Origin: Octopus bimaculoides
Lineage: Eukaryota
NCBI RefSeq assembly: GCF_001194135.2
Contig: NC_068985.1
Span: 23,327,660-23,391,659, forward strand
Direction of reading: 5' to 3'
DNA: 64,000 bases
The translations under genes were made by a program, and so were the position numbers. The notes under the pieces are model-generated. The model worked only from the letters and a program-made list of their open reading frames with translations, was not told where the DNA came from and ran no database searches. Below, in pieces: positions 47,327 through 60,349 of the stretch. Each line of letters opens with the position of its first letter. The stretch's first letter is position 1.

Positions 47327-50043
47327 ACATCAGTAATGACAGTGAATCCTTGAAAAAAAAAAAATAGTGGAAGTGTCAAGGGCATAGTTTTCTTATTCAT
47401 CCCATTTTAATTTACAGAAGAATCTAAAAAATATTTTTCCTTTAGCACTTATCCTTATTTTAATTTTTTCTTTAAATATCAGCCACTACTTTGCTTCACT
47501 TGGTTATAAGAACGCTTTGGCTAGCTTTATCTCTCATTATTCATTAGATATTTGGGTTTAAAATGAAAACAAGGTGATTTGACTATTATAAACAAAATAT
47601 GACTGGATTATGTTTCAGTTAAGTAGGTTTTTTTGCCCCCATGACTAATAATCTGACTTTTTTTTAAAATTTGAGCTAAATATGGGCATCTCTTTTATTC
47701 TTTACTAGGTTTTGTATGTGTTTGTGTACCCTCCCCAACCTGCTTACCTAGGTACATTGAAGAAAAAAATACAATTTAAAAATTTGAATTTGGACAGTTT
47801 TGGCTTGACATATCTATTACTTGGTTCTTTCATTGACGAACTTCTGTTTTATATCTGTAATATGGATTCTTTTTTTTTTTAAATCTGAAACAAAACACAG
47901 TTTCATTAGTGTTTATATTAAAATAACTGATATTAGGAAGGACATTCAATCCTAGACTTTCTACCTTTGTCATAAATATCTTGCTGCACAAAACAGAACA
48001 ATACTCCTAAAAATCAGATTTAACCTAATTTGTTCCAGTGTGGTGCACTTGAATCATATTCAACTTGGAGAATTAGTCCAAAACATAAATTAATTTCATA
48101 CCATGATTCGATTATATCAATATTTCAATTTCTTTTCTACACTGTTCTTTAGGCAAATTTCTTCTACCATAGCTGTGGTTTGATCACTATCTAGTGAGTG
48201 GAATTTGATATGTGGAAGCCCGTTGTATATATTAAATGTAACTTTGGCTGGTAAACTTTGTTGTAAAACTGATGCTCTTAAAACAAAGTTCTTTGCAAGA
48301 ATGAAGGCCTTTGCACCAAGTTATTGGCACTTCCCTGTTACTCTCTCTGTTAGAAAGGCAGTGAACCATTGATTGTCCCATTGGAAACCTCTAACCAACA
48401 ATGCTGGAGTTCATAAATTGTGATATAAATTCTAAAAAGAAATTTTATGTACGAAATCCATTTAACTTGAACTACTTTGACATATATTTGAAAGCTGTTG
48501 AAGTTTTAATTTTCATTATCCACATTGAGAAAATGGTTACTGAAAATGGAACAAGGAATGAAATTTTTTGCTGTTAAACATTCTGAAAATCAGTTTGAGA
48601 CAGTAAAAATGTAACAGGACCATTAATGTGACTTAAACCCAGACCACTTCATAACTGACTGCATTACTTATTACACACTAGAATGCTTGTCATTCTATCT
48701 GCTAATTAAATATTATAATTTGTTATTGCTATTTTGTATTATCTTTCTCTCTAAATCTCACTTGGCACAAGCTTTTCTATTAATGTCAAGCATAAGAAGA
48801 TATCCTAGCATGGTTGATGATTGTATTGAAAATCAACAAGTCAAATTATAAATAAACTTCCGATGATATCAAACATTTGATAAGTGACTCAAATCCCATC
48901 AGATGAGCCTGTTTCTTTTTCTGTCTCAATTTGATACTTATATCTAATATATTCTTTGAAATCTTAAAATTTAATTGATGAATTGAATTTTATTTATGGA
49001 GAGAAAAAAAAAAATCTGAAAATCTCTTTACAATATAGTAGCATTGAATTTGCTTATTCTGTATATTTTGTGCCAGCCCTTATTCTATCATAACCTGAAT
49101 CACTTATATTAGTAGTACTCTAGCAGATTTTGTGAGTAATTCTATTAACAAGGACTCTAATTTTTTTTTTTTTTTTACTCTATTACTCTAAATTTCCCTA
49201 CTATTTTACACACACACACACGCACTTTTCATCATTATTCCCCAGTGTCTTTGTGAACCCTTACTGGTTAATAGACATTGTTATTATTTCTTGAAAAATT
49301 TTCTGTTAATTAGTTCAACTTCTTTATAAAGTAGGTGGCTGATGGTCTGAAACTGATTTTGAACCATTTGGATATGCATAAGAAACTATAGCCATGTTCA
49401 GCTTAGAGAATCAGACTAAGGTGTAATATTGAATTAAATGTATAATTTCATACACTAATTCAATTCTATCAACATTTCAATGACTTTTTAGTTCTTTACC
49501 ATAGCACCTAATAACACTTATGGGCAAACTTCAGGTTTTCTGAATGTCACATCAATGAAAAAAATGACCTTGAATTCCTTTTTAGTAGAGTGGCCCACCT
49601 ATGAGCCTCGTCTCATGTGGCCCACTTCTTGATAAAAGGTATTTCCAAAATGTATTCTGTAGCATATTTTCACAACCTGTCACTTTTTTCCTAATTTTGT
49701 ATCCCGATCGTCTTCCTACAGTGATTGTTGTGGGAAGACTTTATGGATACTAATAAAGGGCATCTGTTTGATAAAAGCAAGTATGTGTGTGTATTGGAAA
49801 TGTTATCCATTCGGCTTGTAAAATGCATTTAAGAAAAATGGTTTTCAGTTTAATTTTGAAGTGGTTTTTCATTAAATTTAGGAAATTTTGTTTTTTTATC
49901 TACACCTCATTTTTGGAAGCTCTAAAGAATATTTGACTAGTTTATATGAAAATATTAAACCACACATGCAAATCATGTATGTAAAACAGTTTAAATTTTC
50001 AAATATTTTAGGATAATGATAATTGTAACAAAAAAAAAAAAAA

Positions 50044-50071
50044 NNNNNNNNNNNNNNNNNNNNNNNNNNNN
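50044..50071. other. Assembly gap (28 N)
   Basis: Run of N after a poly-A tract; the true length of the long intron is therefore uncertain. Confidence 0.99.
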
Positions 50072-50558
50072 AAAGATTTTCCTTTCAACTTTCAGTGAAT
50101 TTCATCTTAGAGCAATTTTTTTTTTTTTCGTTTTGCAGAATTCCAGATTTATAAGCATTAATGCTATTTTAAAAAACAGTATTCAGTTAATATTCAACTC
50201 CTTTGTTCACTTTATATAATTTGTTATATGTTATTTGTTCGGATTCTGCTGGGGTCTATGAAAACTGTATTAAGAATTTTTTCTATACCTAGTATTGATT
50301 AAAAGTCTTAAGAGTCTCACACTATTTCTATTATCATTTTCTTTATTAATGAGAGTCACTGGTTTAGAATAATAAATAATGAACTTACTGACTGGTTGGT
50401 ATTTTTCATTTTAATTTTCTTGTTCTTCTAATGAGTATTGCAAATCATCAGGTTAATTTACAAAATTTCATTGCTTCCTCATAAATCATCATATTTATTT
50501 ATGTGCATTTTTTTAAAAATTCAATTAAAAAAAAAAAACTTTTGATTCTGTATTATAG

Positions 50559-50715
50559 GAATTGGGAAACTGTCCACTTCTGATGGAAAAGTTCTAACTG
50601 ACCCTGATGTTTTAAAAAAGCTGACTTCTTCTGTTAGTTGTGCACTTGATGAAGCAGCGGCTGCACTTCATAGAATGAAAGCTGAACAGCCAGGCGAGTC
50701 GACAAGTGAAGAAGG
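50559..50715 (+). CDS. ANKHD1: ANKHD1/mask coding exon B (IGKLSTSDGKVLTDPDVLKKLTSSVSCALDEAAAALHRMKAEQPGESTSEE-G), 157 nt, phase 1 to 2
   Basis: Acceptor ttctgtattatag ending 50558; donor GG|GTAAAG at 50716; contains LTSSVSCALDEAAAAL. Not in the ORF track. Confidence 0.94.
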
Positions 50716-53662
50716 GTAAAGTTTTGGTTTTATTGTTTTAGATAAAGATTTAATTGAATATGTATGTGTGTGAGTGTGTTTATGTATTGGTGGTCTAGTC
50801 TAGTGTAGGTCTACCTTTGGGCAGATCCTTGCATGTGAACCTTCTCCAGCACTCCCTATATGACGTGGGAGAGCATGTATTCTTCCCTGCCATGGTTAAG
50901 TAGATTACTGGAACCTTGGCTACCATAACTAGATTTATGATGAATACTGGAGTGGTTTCCCATTGCCTTCTCTAGGCAGGTGGGATTTGAACTCAGAATG
51001 TAAATACTATAATGCATCTCTTTTGACACACCAGTGATTCTGCCGTTCACCCACCTTAAGAGCAAAGTGTTTTGCTCAAGAAGACCACGCACTATTGGTC
51101 TTGGAATCAAACCCGTTTATCTAGTGATGGTGTGTGCAACACCCTAACCTGTAGGCTATATGCCTTGGTGGTATATTAGCATAAGTAGAGCATCAGAGAA
51201 TGTCTTCTGTCTTTCTGGTTCAGTTTTACCATAGTTGACTACTTTTCATATCTCAAAAAATAATATGCTCCTTAATATATTGTGACTTGGGTCCAAAATG
51301 ACATTGTTATTAAATACCAATAAATGAGAGAGCTGTATTAAGATCAATAAATTAAAGCTATTATTATAATTGTGTACTTAGGCGTAATAGTTGAGAAAAC
51401 TCTAGGTAGGAATTTTCAGATAATAATACTAAAGTACTGACATGTCTGATTCAAGTTGGAAAAATTCCATCTACTGTGGTAAGTTAATTTCTTCTGTGGA
51501 ATTTTGACCATTGTACAGATGTGAGTGAACATTTGGTTTATAAATTTGGGTTAGTGATTATATACGATAAACTGCTATGTCTATGCAAAATTGAGCATCA
51601 CTGCATTATAATACTGAAAATAATGAGAATGTATACTTGTTGAATTGTATGTTTTAAAAATTATTTACAATTTAAAGAAACATAGTCCAACCCATGCTAG
51701 CATGGAAGGCGGACGTTAAACGATGATGATGATAGTAGTTTTGTTGCTAATACTGAAGGGATTGACAATGCAATTCTTTATTTGTGTGACATAAAAATGA
51801 TACATAAAAAGAAATTTAGAGAATTGTTAGAGATAGAACATGTGAGAAAATTGATTTATGCAAGATGTATGTGTATTGAATAATTTTAGATTCTGAACCC
51901 TCTGCTTAAAAGCAGATTTTTTTAAATTTAGATTTTTAACTTTCATGCATTCTAACTTTGTAGTTAAGAAATTTGATTTGAATCAAGTGATTCCAAATCA
52001 GTCTCTCTGCATGACACTTTTGGTGTCGCCTACCATAATTTTGGGTTAGCCCTAAGCCTTGTGCATACAACTAGTTTTTAAAGAGAAATTGTGGATGCCC
52101 TTCTGGGTGGATTCTACATTTTTGGACAGTAAACTTAATCTATTGTCCAGTTTAACTGCATCACTATCTGCTCCCTTAGTTGGTTTCTTACAAGCAGTTA
52201 ACCTAGTCTGAAGTTCACTCAAGTTGTGTTGCTTTCTCATGAATTTTGGGGCTTCTCCTGCTGTCAATCTTAGAAGCCCTGCAAATGGTCATGGGCACTG
52301 CTTTTCCTCAGTCTATAGAACACACCAACAAAATAGCACAACATTTTAGAGATGACCATTGCTTACAGAAAGGTAATATTTGGTATTGACATTTCTGATA
52401 GATTTTATCTAAAATTTGGACTCAGAATGTAAATACATTAAAAAATGGTTCTTTTACTCTAAAAGAAACCAAGCATATTTTAGTTAAATGATCTAATTTT
52501 GTAAATTAAGTTATATATTAAACACCCAGATGATTTTATGTAAGAAAATGTCATGTAAATGTATTAGTATAGAATCTGCCATTGTCCATTTTGTTTTTCC
52601 AAAATATTTTGTAAACAGCTGATGAGATCTGAAACCTGCTTCTCTTGGTTACTTACTGAACAACATAGTCATTTATTTTTTTACTCACAAGCTTTGGTTT
52701 ACAAATGTTTGATTTTTACATATTGCAAAACTTTGAACTGATCAATATTTTTTAGCTTTATGTTGTACTGATATTTGAACTATGATTCTTGCTTGATAAA
52801 ATATGCAAACTTTTGTCAGGTTGGTACAAGCCAATTCTTTTACTCTTGTTGAGTTGACTGCCTCAAGGCTGATACGTTGAGAAGATTGTAGTTAAACTGT
52901 ATAGAACTTCAACAAGGGCACATTTTTAATAGAGTTGATAGAGTTGACTACCTCATTAGCAAGTTGATTCAAGTTTTAAATTTTTCTGTCTATTTCATTT
53001 TTGATATACACTATGTTAATTCTTCTTTCTAAACGTCTAGTTTTATCTTGATCACTAAAATTCTTTGGTATGGGTGGTGACTCATAAGTGTTTTTTGAAT
53101 GTTTGGATGTTATTTATATTTCTTATATAAATAAAATTTTAAAAATGTTAATATAAATATTTGCTTGTAGAGAATATAGAGGTTGAAGACTTATATTATC
53201 CAAAATAAAAGTAAATTTATGTATTCCTAAGCCTAGCAACACAAATGTCTAGTGCTTATCTGATTTTTAGCATGTTAAACATGAGTATTAGGGTTATTTT
53301 GTGAAATGATGCTTCAGTGAGGTGTATTATTGTGTTAAGTAAAAATGTTCTAGTGTTGCTCTGGTCAATTTTTCATGTAGTGAGTAGATTTTTAAGCATA
53401 ACTAAACATGTTGGAGATTTTTGCTTAGCTGTTTAATGATTCTGTGATGTACTAACAGGTTCTTTGATGGAATGTGACAATGTTTTAAAACTGCTTAGGA
53501 AAATTAGCAGTTTGTGATTTAAAGCTGCCATGTGTCTTGGTGATGTTGGCAGTTCTTGTAGTGCAACTGTTGGCTGTTTGCTGTAGCATTAATGGTTGTG
53601 TTAATGTTGCTGCTAAAAAGTGAATCTAAAGTGTTCAAAAATTAAAATATTTGGTGGTTGGT

Positions 53663-53666
<4 letters not shown>

Positions 53667-53710
<44 letters not shown>
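53667..53710. repeat. (TA)n microsatellite
   Basis: Direct reading. Confidence 0.95.
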
Positions 53711-53712
<2 letters not shown>

Positions 53713-55735
53713 ATTTAGCATTAATGTAGTATACAAGAAATGTTAATTTGGGGAGTTCATTTCTCTCTTATTCTATGCAAATGAAGATCTTTGAGTACAA
53801 TACTCACTAAACTTGGCAGTTACACAGGTAATTTAGAGTGCTGAACCTCATCATATTGTGGAGCTAGGTGAACTAGATTAATGTTGAACATTACACAAAT
53901 TATCCAGATTTTAAGTTAATATATGTGTATATATATAGTTATCTTTAAAAGATTTTGTGTTAAAACTGCAGATCTTACCCAGAATATTGACAGATTATTG
54001 GACACTGGTGATTTTACATGATTTAGCCTCTTCAGTAATCAACACTCCTGGATAGAATTAAGTCAAAAATCTTTGTTCTGATATAGAAATCAACAAACTG
54101 ATTTGTGAAAAAGTTAGTTGGCCTGGAACAAAGATTTTGACTTATCTCAGAATGTCGAGTTTTTTAATCACTGAGGAGACCAAATTAAGTTGAAACTCTG
54201 GTGTCTGGCAATCTGCTGACAACATTTTGAATGAGCTCTGTTCTTTTAACACATTGTTTTTATTTGAAATTGCTCTGAGACAAAATATTACAGCTAGCAC
54301 TGTTCTACATTTGTAATATACATGTTATATACGTTGTTATTTTTATCTAGTGCTATTCCAAGTATTTATTGATTTAATTTTTGCTTGGTCACCTTTTACA
54401 CAAATCAGTAAATGCCTGGTATGCTGATTTCTGTATAGGGCTGAAGGTTTTGGTTTAGCCCAGAATGTCTGAAAGTGTTTTGTCACTGAGGATACTAAAT
54501 CAAGTCATGAAACCAGTGTCCGACTATTTGCTGCCAATGTTCTGTGCAAGCTGTGTGATTTTAATATAGAAAGTCTCTTAATAGAAATTTTCTGAAACAA
54601 TATATAACAGCTAGCACTCTTCTACATTTGTGTCTCTGTATAATAATAGCAGGTATAAATGTTGATTGATAAGTTGGTTGATTTCACTAATCAGGCTTCA
54701 CATTGCATAGAGAGGGGGAGAGAGTTAACATAAAGAAGTGCAGGATAAGGCTTATACTAGGCTTGATGGCAGGCAATGAGTAAAATGCACATATGCACAC
54801 GCACACACATGCACAGTTTGAGCATTTTGTTTTATTTGGAAATTATTCATTTCATCATTTTGTATTAGCATCAAGAAATTTTATAAAAGTTAAATAGTAA
54901 TTATTGTATGTATGCCATATTTTCTGATATTACCTAAAGTAGCTGCTATACATATTGCTCTTTCATTCGTTATTTACTTTGTTGACCATGAATCTTTTGG
55001 AGACACCTATTAGGAATACAAACCGAGTTCAGTTAATATCCTTACAAAGGGATTGTAGCACTGCTTTTAATGCAGTATTATCTAATGTGTGTTTGTATGT
55101 GTAGGAATATGCATTTAAGAAATGTTTATGCCAAATGGTAGTCAGCATATATTGTCTGTATAAACACTATATTTTTTGTTCTTGAGCCAATCCTGAAATC
55201 ACATTGTTGTGATTGAATAATTAACAAAATTAGGCATTGAGATTATAGATTAATGACCATAAGTTCAAATTTTAATACAGTCATTGTGTTGTATTCACTG
55301 AGCATAAGATGGGCTTGCTTCAGTTTCTGATTCTATATCACAATTAATCGAATAATATTTATGTGAAGAGACAATTGCTTCACGCAACAAATACAACGAA
55401 CCACATGATTTATGTAAAGCTTCACTATTAGATTATAATTACAGCATGCATCTCCTGTATCTCAACCATTCTACATTTTAGCTGAAGTTAGTAAATTATT
55501 GAAACAACATAAAATGAATACTTACAATTTTGTAAAATATTTTTCCTTTTTTATTCAGTTAATTTCAGTTATTCTAGTGTGAGTATATTGTATATATATT
55601 TAGTTGCTTTTTTTTTTTTTTATCTATTTACTTACTAATAAATTCAGCTTTTGCTTGTAACTTGTTGGTAGCTAGCAGTATAAATGTATTTTGAATAGTA
55701 ATGTTCTTCAATAATTAATAGAAATTTTTTTGCAG

Positions 55736-55886
55736 CTCTCGATCTTTAGCGGAAGCATGCAGTGATGGCGATGTGTCTGCAGTAAGAAAGATGTTACAAG
55801 AAGGTAGCAGTGTTCATGAGACGACGGAAGAGGGGGAGAGTTTGTTATCCCTTGCATGCTCAGCAGGCTACTATGAACTGGCTCAG
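55736..55886 (+). CDS. ANKHD1: ANKHD1/mask coding exon C (SRSLAEACSDGDVSAVRKMLQEGSSVHETTEEGESLLSLACSAGYYELAQ), 151 nt, phase 2 to 0
   Basis: Acceptor tttttttgcag ending 55735; donor CAG|GTTAGT at 55887; overlaps ORF 55773-55967; start of the ankyrin array. Confidence 0.95.
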
Positions 55887-57200
55887 GTTAGTTCAGGATT
55901 GTTTATTTCTATTTGTATTTCCAAAACTGAAACAGTAAAAAAAAATTTGGGTGGTGGGGTGGTCTAGTTTCTGTATTTTTCATGTTAGCATGGGTGGATA
56001 GCTTTTGCATGATTGGGACATAAGGACATTAGTATATTGTTAAAACAATCCTCCCACAATCAGAAACATTAATGTCACCTATTAAAAAAATAAAAATCAC
56101 TGGCGAGAAACTTACATATCTTGCCTGGTGCCACAATACAATAGCTTTAGTATGAACTGAACTCAGAAGCATCAGCCAAGTTTTCTGGTACTTTATCAAG
56201 ACCTCACTATCTTTAAAACAAAGCAGTTCCCTTATAGACATGGACATGCTTGCTGCAGTTCCACTTTGGTCTTTGCACATGCTTATTTTGTAAAGTGTCT
56301 TTTTTGAGCCTACTCTACTCATCCTGTATAAACACAATCACGTGGGAGTTTTTCGGGGTCACTTAAGCCTAACAAACTGATTATCCCAAATAATATCAGA
56401 TACCAACCTATGTTTCCCAGATATCTTCTAATTTGTTTGTTAGGAAATTATTAGTTATGAAATGTGCAAAAGTATTTCCTATTCACATAAAAAGCATTCT
56501 TTCGAGCTATCAGTTATAAGAGGATGTTAAATGATGATGATGATGATAATGATAATTGTTTGTCCCTTGGTGTTCAGCACTCATTCTTTTTGCTCATTAT
56601 TGTGTGTGTCTATATATATACATACATACATACATACATACACATATATACATATATGTATGTAATGAAGGAGAGGTACAGGTATACCTAATCCTCAGTG
56701 TTTCATTGTCCACTTTTCCATGCTTGCATGGGTCAGATAGAATTTTGTTGAGGCAGATTTTTTAATGGCTGAGTGCCCTTTCTTTCACCAGTGGCCAGAC
56801 ATGCTTTTCATGGAAAGTTGGAAATGAATGATATATGATGATGTTGTTCATTTAGAATCATCAAGTATGTCATAAGAAGGACATATATATGCATGCATGC
56901 ATGCATGCATAGTAGGCTTCTTTCAGTTTCTGTTTCTCAAAACCATTCAATGTCTTGTGTTATTAAGTCTGAGCATTGTTTCTCTACCTTCTCTTTTCAA
57001 CTTATATGGGACAATAAGAGCTATATAGAACTTGCAAAGAAGCTAATTTGATTGTTACTTTTATTTAAAAAAAAAGCACATTAAATGTTTTTATTTATAA
57101 ATAGCTGGTTTGAAAATTCCACTCTGTACATATAGATCCTATATGATTTGGAAGTGTCTTGGATATTTCTAATTAGCTTTTTATTGATTTTTCTTTATAG

Positions 57201-57348
57201 GTTTTGTTGGTTATGAAAGCAAATGTTGAAGACAGAGGCATCAAGGGTGACTGTACTCCATTAATGGAAGCTTCTAGTGGAGGTTTTGTCGACATTGCCA
57301 AACTATTAATTACTCACGGAGCTGATGTGAATGCACAGTCTTCAGCTG
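57201..57348 (+). CDS. ANKHD1: ANKHD1/mask coding exon D (VLLVMKANVEDRGIKGDCTPLMEASSGGFVDIAKLLITHGADVNAQSSA-G), 148 nt, phase 0 to 1
   Basis: Acceptor ttttctttatag ending 57200; donor G|GTAACA at 57349; ankyrin TPLMEA..G...IAKLLITHGADVN motif. Confidence 0.95.
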
Positions 57349-58409
57349 GTAACATATTTTTTTTTTATTTTATTATTTAGTAAATAATTTATGGAATTTC
57401 TTCTTGTTGTCTTTTATGATTATACTGCATTAGTATATGATGAAATAATTCCTTGAAAGCTATTTTAATTGCATAATTACTTTTCAAGTATCTTATATAC
57501 TTCAATATTGATACACACACTCACACACTATGCATTCCAGTTTTTTTATTTGTTGAAGCTCATTGTTAAACATAGTTATAAACAAAAATTAAACCCTACC
57601 AAGTATTTTTGTTAAAATTGACTGTTTTAGAATTAGACTTGCTCTTTTACAAAACAAACTTTTAGATAAAGAATATTCCGAGAATGTATGAGAATACTCA
57701 ATAGCTGTTAAACTAGGTTATTATTTCTTAGTCCACAAGTAGCTTCTGGTCTTTATTGTTATATATAAAGAGGCTTTGGAGATGTTTCTTTTCTTGAAAG
57801 TTTTCTCTGGATTTTCCTTATTTTCTATTTTGTAATTTTGAGTTTGTTTTCTGTGTATTTGTATTATTATTTCATAAATGTTATGTAACACATCCAAAGG
57901 CTTAACTGTATATATAGTTAGCAAAATGAATAGAATGAAATGTATTTACAGTATGACAGTAGTTAAATTAACCTTTTACTGACTGGTTGGGACTTTGAAG
58001 CACAACATTTGCCCCTGTCTAAATTTACCTAAACAAATGTGTAATATTACCTAACAACAGCTTGTGATAAACTAACTCAAGTTTTGGGTCTACTAATGTT
58101 GGATATAACCACTTAATGGAGGCATCGTTCTATACATTCTACATTAATGGGTTTCACATTGTGCAAATAATTTATTAAAATTACTTTTTATCTAATTCAT
58201 TTTTACACACTGGAATAGAGACAAAATTTAAATTTATTACTGCTCTAAATGTTTTGCCCATCTAAGGAATCTGCAAGACATTTAGTGAGAGGAACAGAAC
58301 AAACTAACTTGGAATGTTGAACGTTACAGAAGCCTATAAGAAAAAAATATATTTATTTTACATTTTATTTTTATTTTTGGTTCTAATATTTTAATGGTCT
58401 TATTTTTAG

Positions 58410-58643
58410 GTAATACACCTCTTCACTATGCTGCCTGTGGTGGATTTGAGGATGTTGTGATGGTTTTAATTGAATATGGTGCCAATGTTGAAGTTCACAA
58501 TGAAAATGGTCACACACCTTTAATGGAAGCAGCTAGCGCAGGTCATGTGGGAGTAGCAAAGATATTATTAGATGCCGGTGCCGGAATCAATACCCATTCC
58601 AATGAATTCAAAGAAAGTGCCCTCACACTTGCTTGCTACAAAG
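58410..58643 (+). CDS. ANKHD1: ANKHD1/mask coding exon E (NTPLHYAACGGF...ESALTLACYK-G), 234 nt, phase 1 to 1
   Basis: Acceptor tatttttag ending 58409; donor G|GTATGT at 58644; matches ORF 58394-58651. Confidence 0.96.
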
Positions 58644-59130
58644 GTATGTAGGAGAAAGTATCATTAAATATCTATTATTTACTGTAATATATCATAACAT
58701 ACAAGGAAAATATACCCATAAAATTTTAATCTATCCATTTGTTTTACATTTCTTTGAGTTGAATGTATGTATATTTTTGAGTCATTGACTTTTGGCCAGA
58801 TGTCCTTGTTGCTAATGGCTTACTGTTTTGGGATCCTGTTTTGTTAATTCTATTTCTGGTATATTTAATGAGATTAATGTAAATTTTCTATATGCTTTAT
58901 TTTCTATTCAAACTGTCTTCACTATGGCAGTAGCTAAAGCAGCAGTGTTTAGTTATGTCCCTTTGTTTTGCTTATGAAAATCTTAGTGGAGTTTACTTTG
59001 TTTCTTTTTTGGCTTTGATAAAATAGCTACAAAGTACTGCTCTCTCTTTGATTTCAAACCCCCTTCCATAATACAATATGTAGTTCTGTGCAAAAAGTTA
59101 AAATTCATCATTATTATTCTTATTTCACAG

Positions 59131-59273
59131 GACATTTAGAAATGGTTCGATTTTTATTAGAAGCTGGAGCTGACCAAGAACATAAAACAGATGAAATGCA
59201 TACAGCTCTGATGGAAGCTTCGATGGATGGTCATGTCGAAGTAGCTAAACTACTTTTGGATAGTGGAGCTCAG
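59131..59273 (+). CDS. ANKHD1: ANKHD1/mask coding exon F (HLEMVRFLLEAGADQEHKTDEMHTALMEASMDGHVEVAKLLLDSGAQ), 143 nt, phase 1 to 0
   Basis: Acceptor tatttcacag ending 59130; donor CAG|GTAAAC at 59274; matches ORF 59088-59357. Confidence 0.96.
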
Positions 59274-59812
59274 GTAAACAACTTTATGGACAAATATTTT
59301 ACTTGTATAGTGTTGTTTGTGTATAGTGTTTTTAATTCAGAGTTTAATTCCTGGTGAGTATGACCTTCTGATGATATATTAACATACTGCAGTGTAAACA
59401 GTAAGATCTTGGTTAATTTATTCTATAATTGGATTGTGAAACCCAATAAGATCCTTTTCTACTGCAACAATGATAGTTTTAGTGGGGATAAGGCATGAAG
59501 AGAATCTTTCATTTTCCCAATTATAGTATTCCCCATGTGTATATTTAAGAATAAATTTGTCAGGAGAGATGAGGTATTGCTTTTGCAGATTATAGTGAAC
59601 TGTGCTAAATGTTCTTGTGGTTGGTACTACTGTTATTGTGATGCAGTAATGAGGGTTTTGCTTTTCTGTTGAATATAGTTCATCATTTATTTTCTTTCTC
59701 ATTATTAATGCTCATTCAGAAGGTCTCAATATCACATCTTTACATTCCTCTCTTTAAAGTTTTGAAACTCTATGTCTGTATTAATTTATCTTTAAATCAT
59801 TAATATTTGTAG

Positions 59813-60002
59813 GTTAATATGCCTGCTGATAGTTTTGAATCACCTTTAACATTAGCTGCATGTGGTGGGCATGTGGAATTAGCAAACTTGTTAATTGAAA
59901 GAGGTGCAAATTTGGAAGAAGTTAATGATGAAGGTTATACACCACTAATGGAAGCTGCACGAGAGGGCCATGAAGAAATGGTAGCACTTTTACTTGCTCA
60001 TG
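59813..60002 (+). CDS. ANKHD1: ANKHD1/mask coding exon G (VNMPADSFESPLTLAACGGHVELA...EEMVALLLAH-G), 190 nt, phase 0 to 1
   Basis: Acceptor atttgtag ending 59812; donor G|GTAAGT at 60003; matches ORF 59819-60028. Confidence 0.96.
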
Positions 60003-60349
60003 GTAAGTTTTTATTATTTCATTTATGAGATTTAGTATGAATTCCCATTTAAGTATGTATCTTTGGCTGCAAGCAGCACATCCAGCCATGAAAGCCTACA
60101 AAAAAAACCCACAGTAACAAAGATTGGCAACATTCCTGTTGCTGTGTGTATGTGTGTGCTAGATGACAAAGGAACACAAGTGGTAAGACATAGGAATATC
60201 TGTTGAGCCATAACCAACATAGAAAAATGGATGTGAAATTATGAAAACTTAGGCTCAACAGTGGTTTTGATATATGGATGTGGATATAGTGTTTTAGCTG
60301 AATGAAAATAAAGATGATACTTTTTAGAAATAGGATAGGAGACTAAATG

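Noticed and set aside
49710-49740. 11-bp hairpin containing GGAAGACT, reminiscent of miR-7
   Set aside because: Does not match the mature miR-7 sequence beyond the seed region, and the stem is too short for a pre-miRNA.
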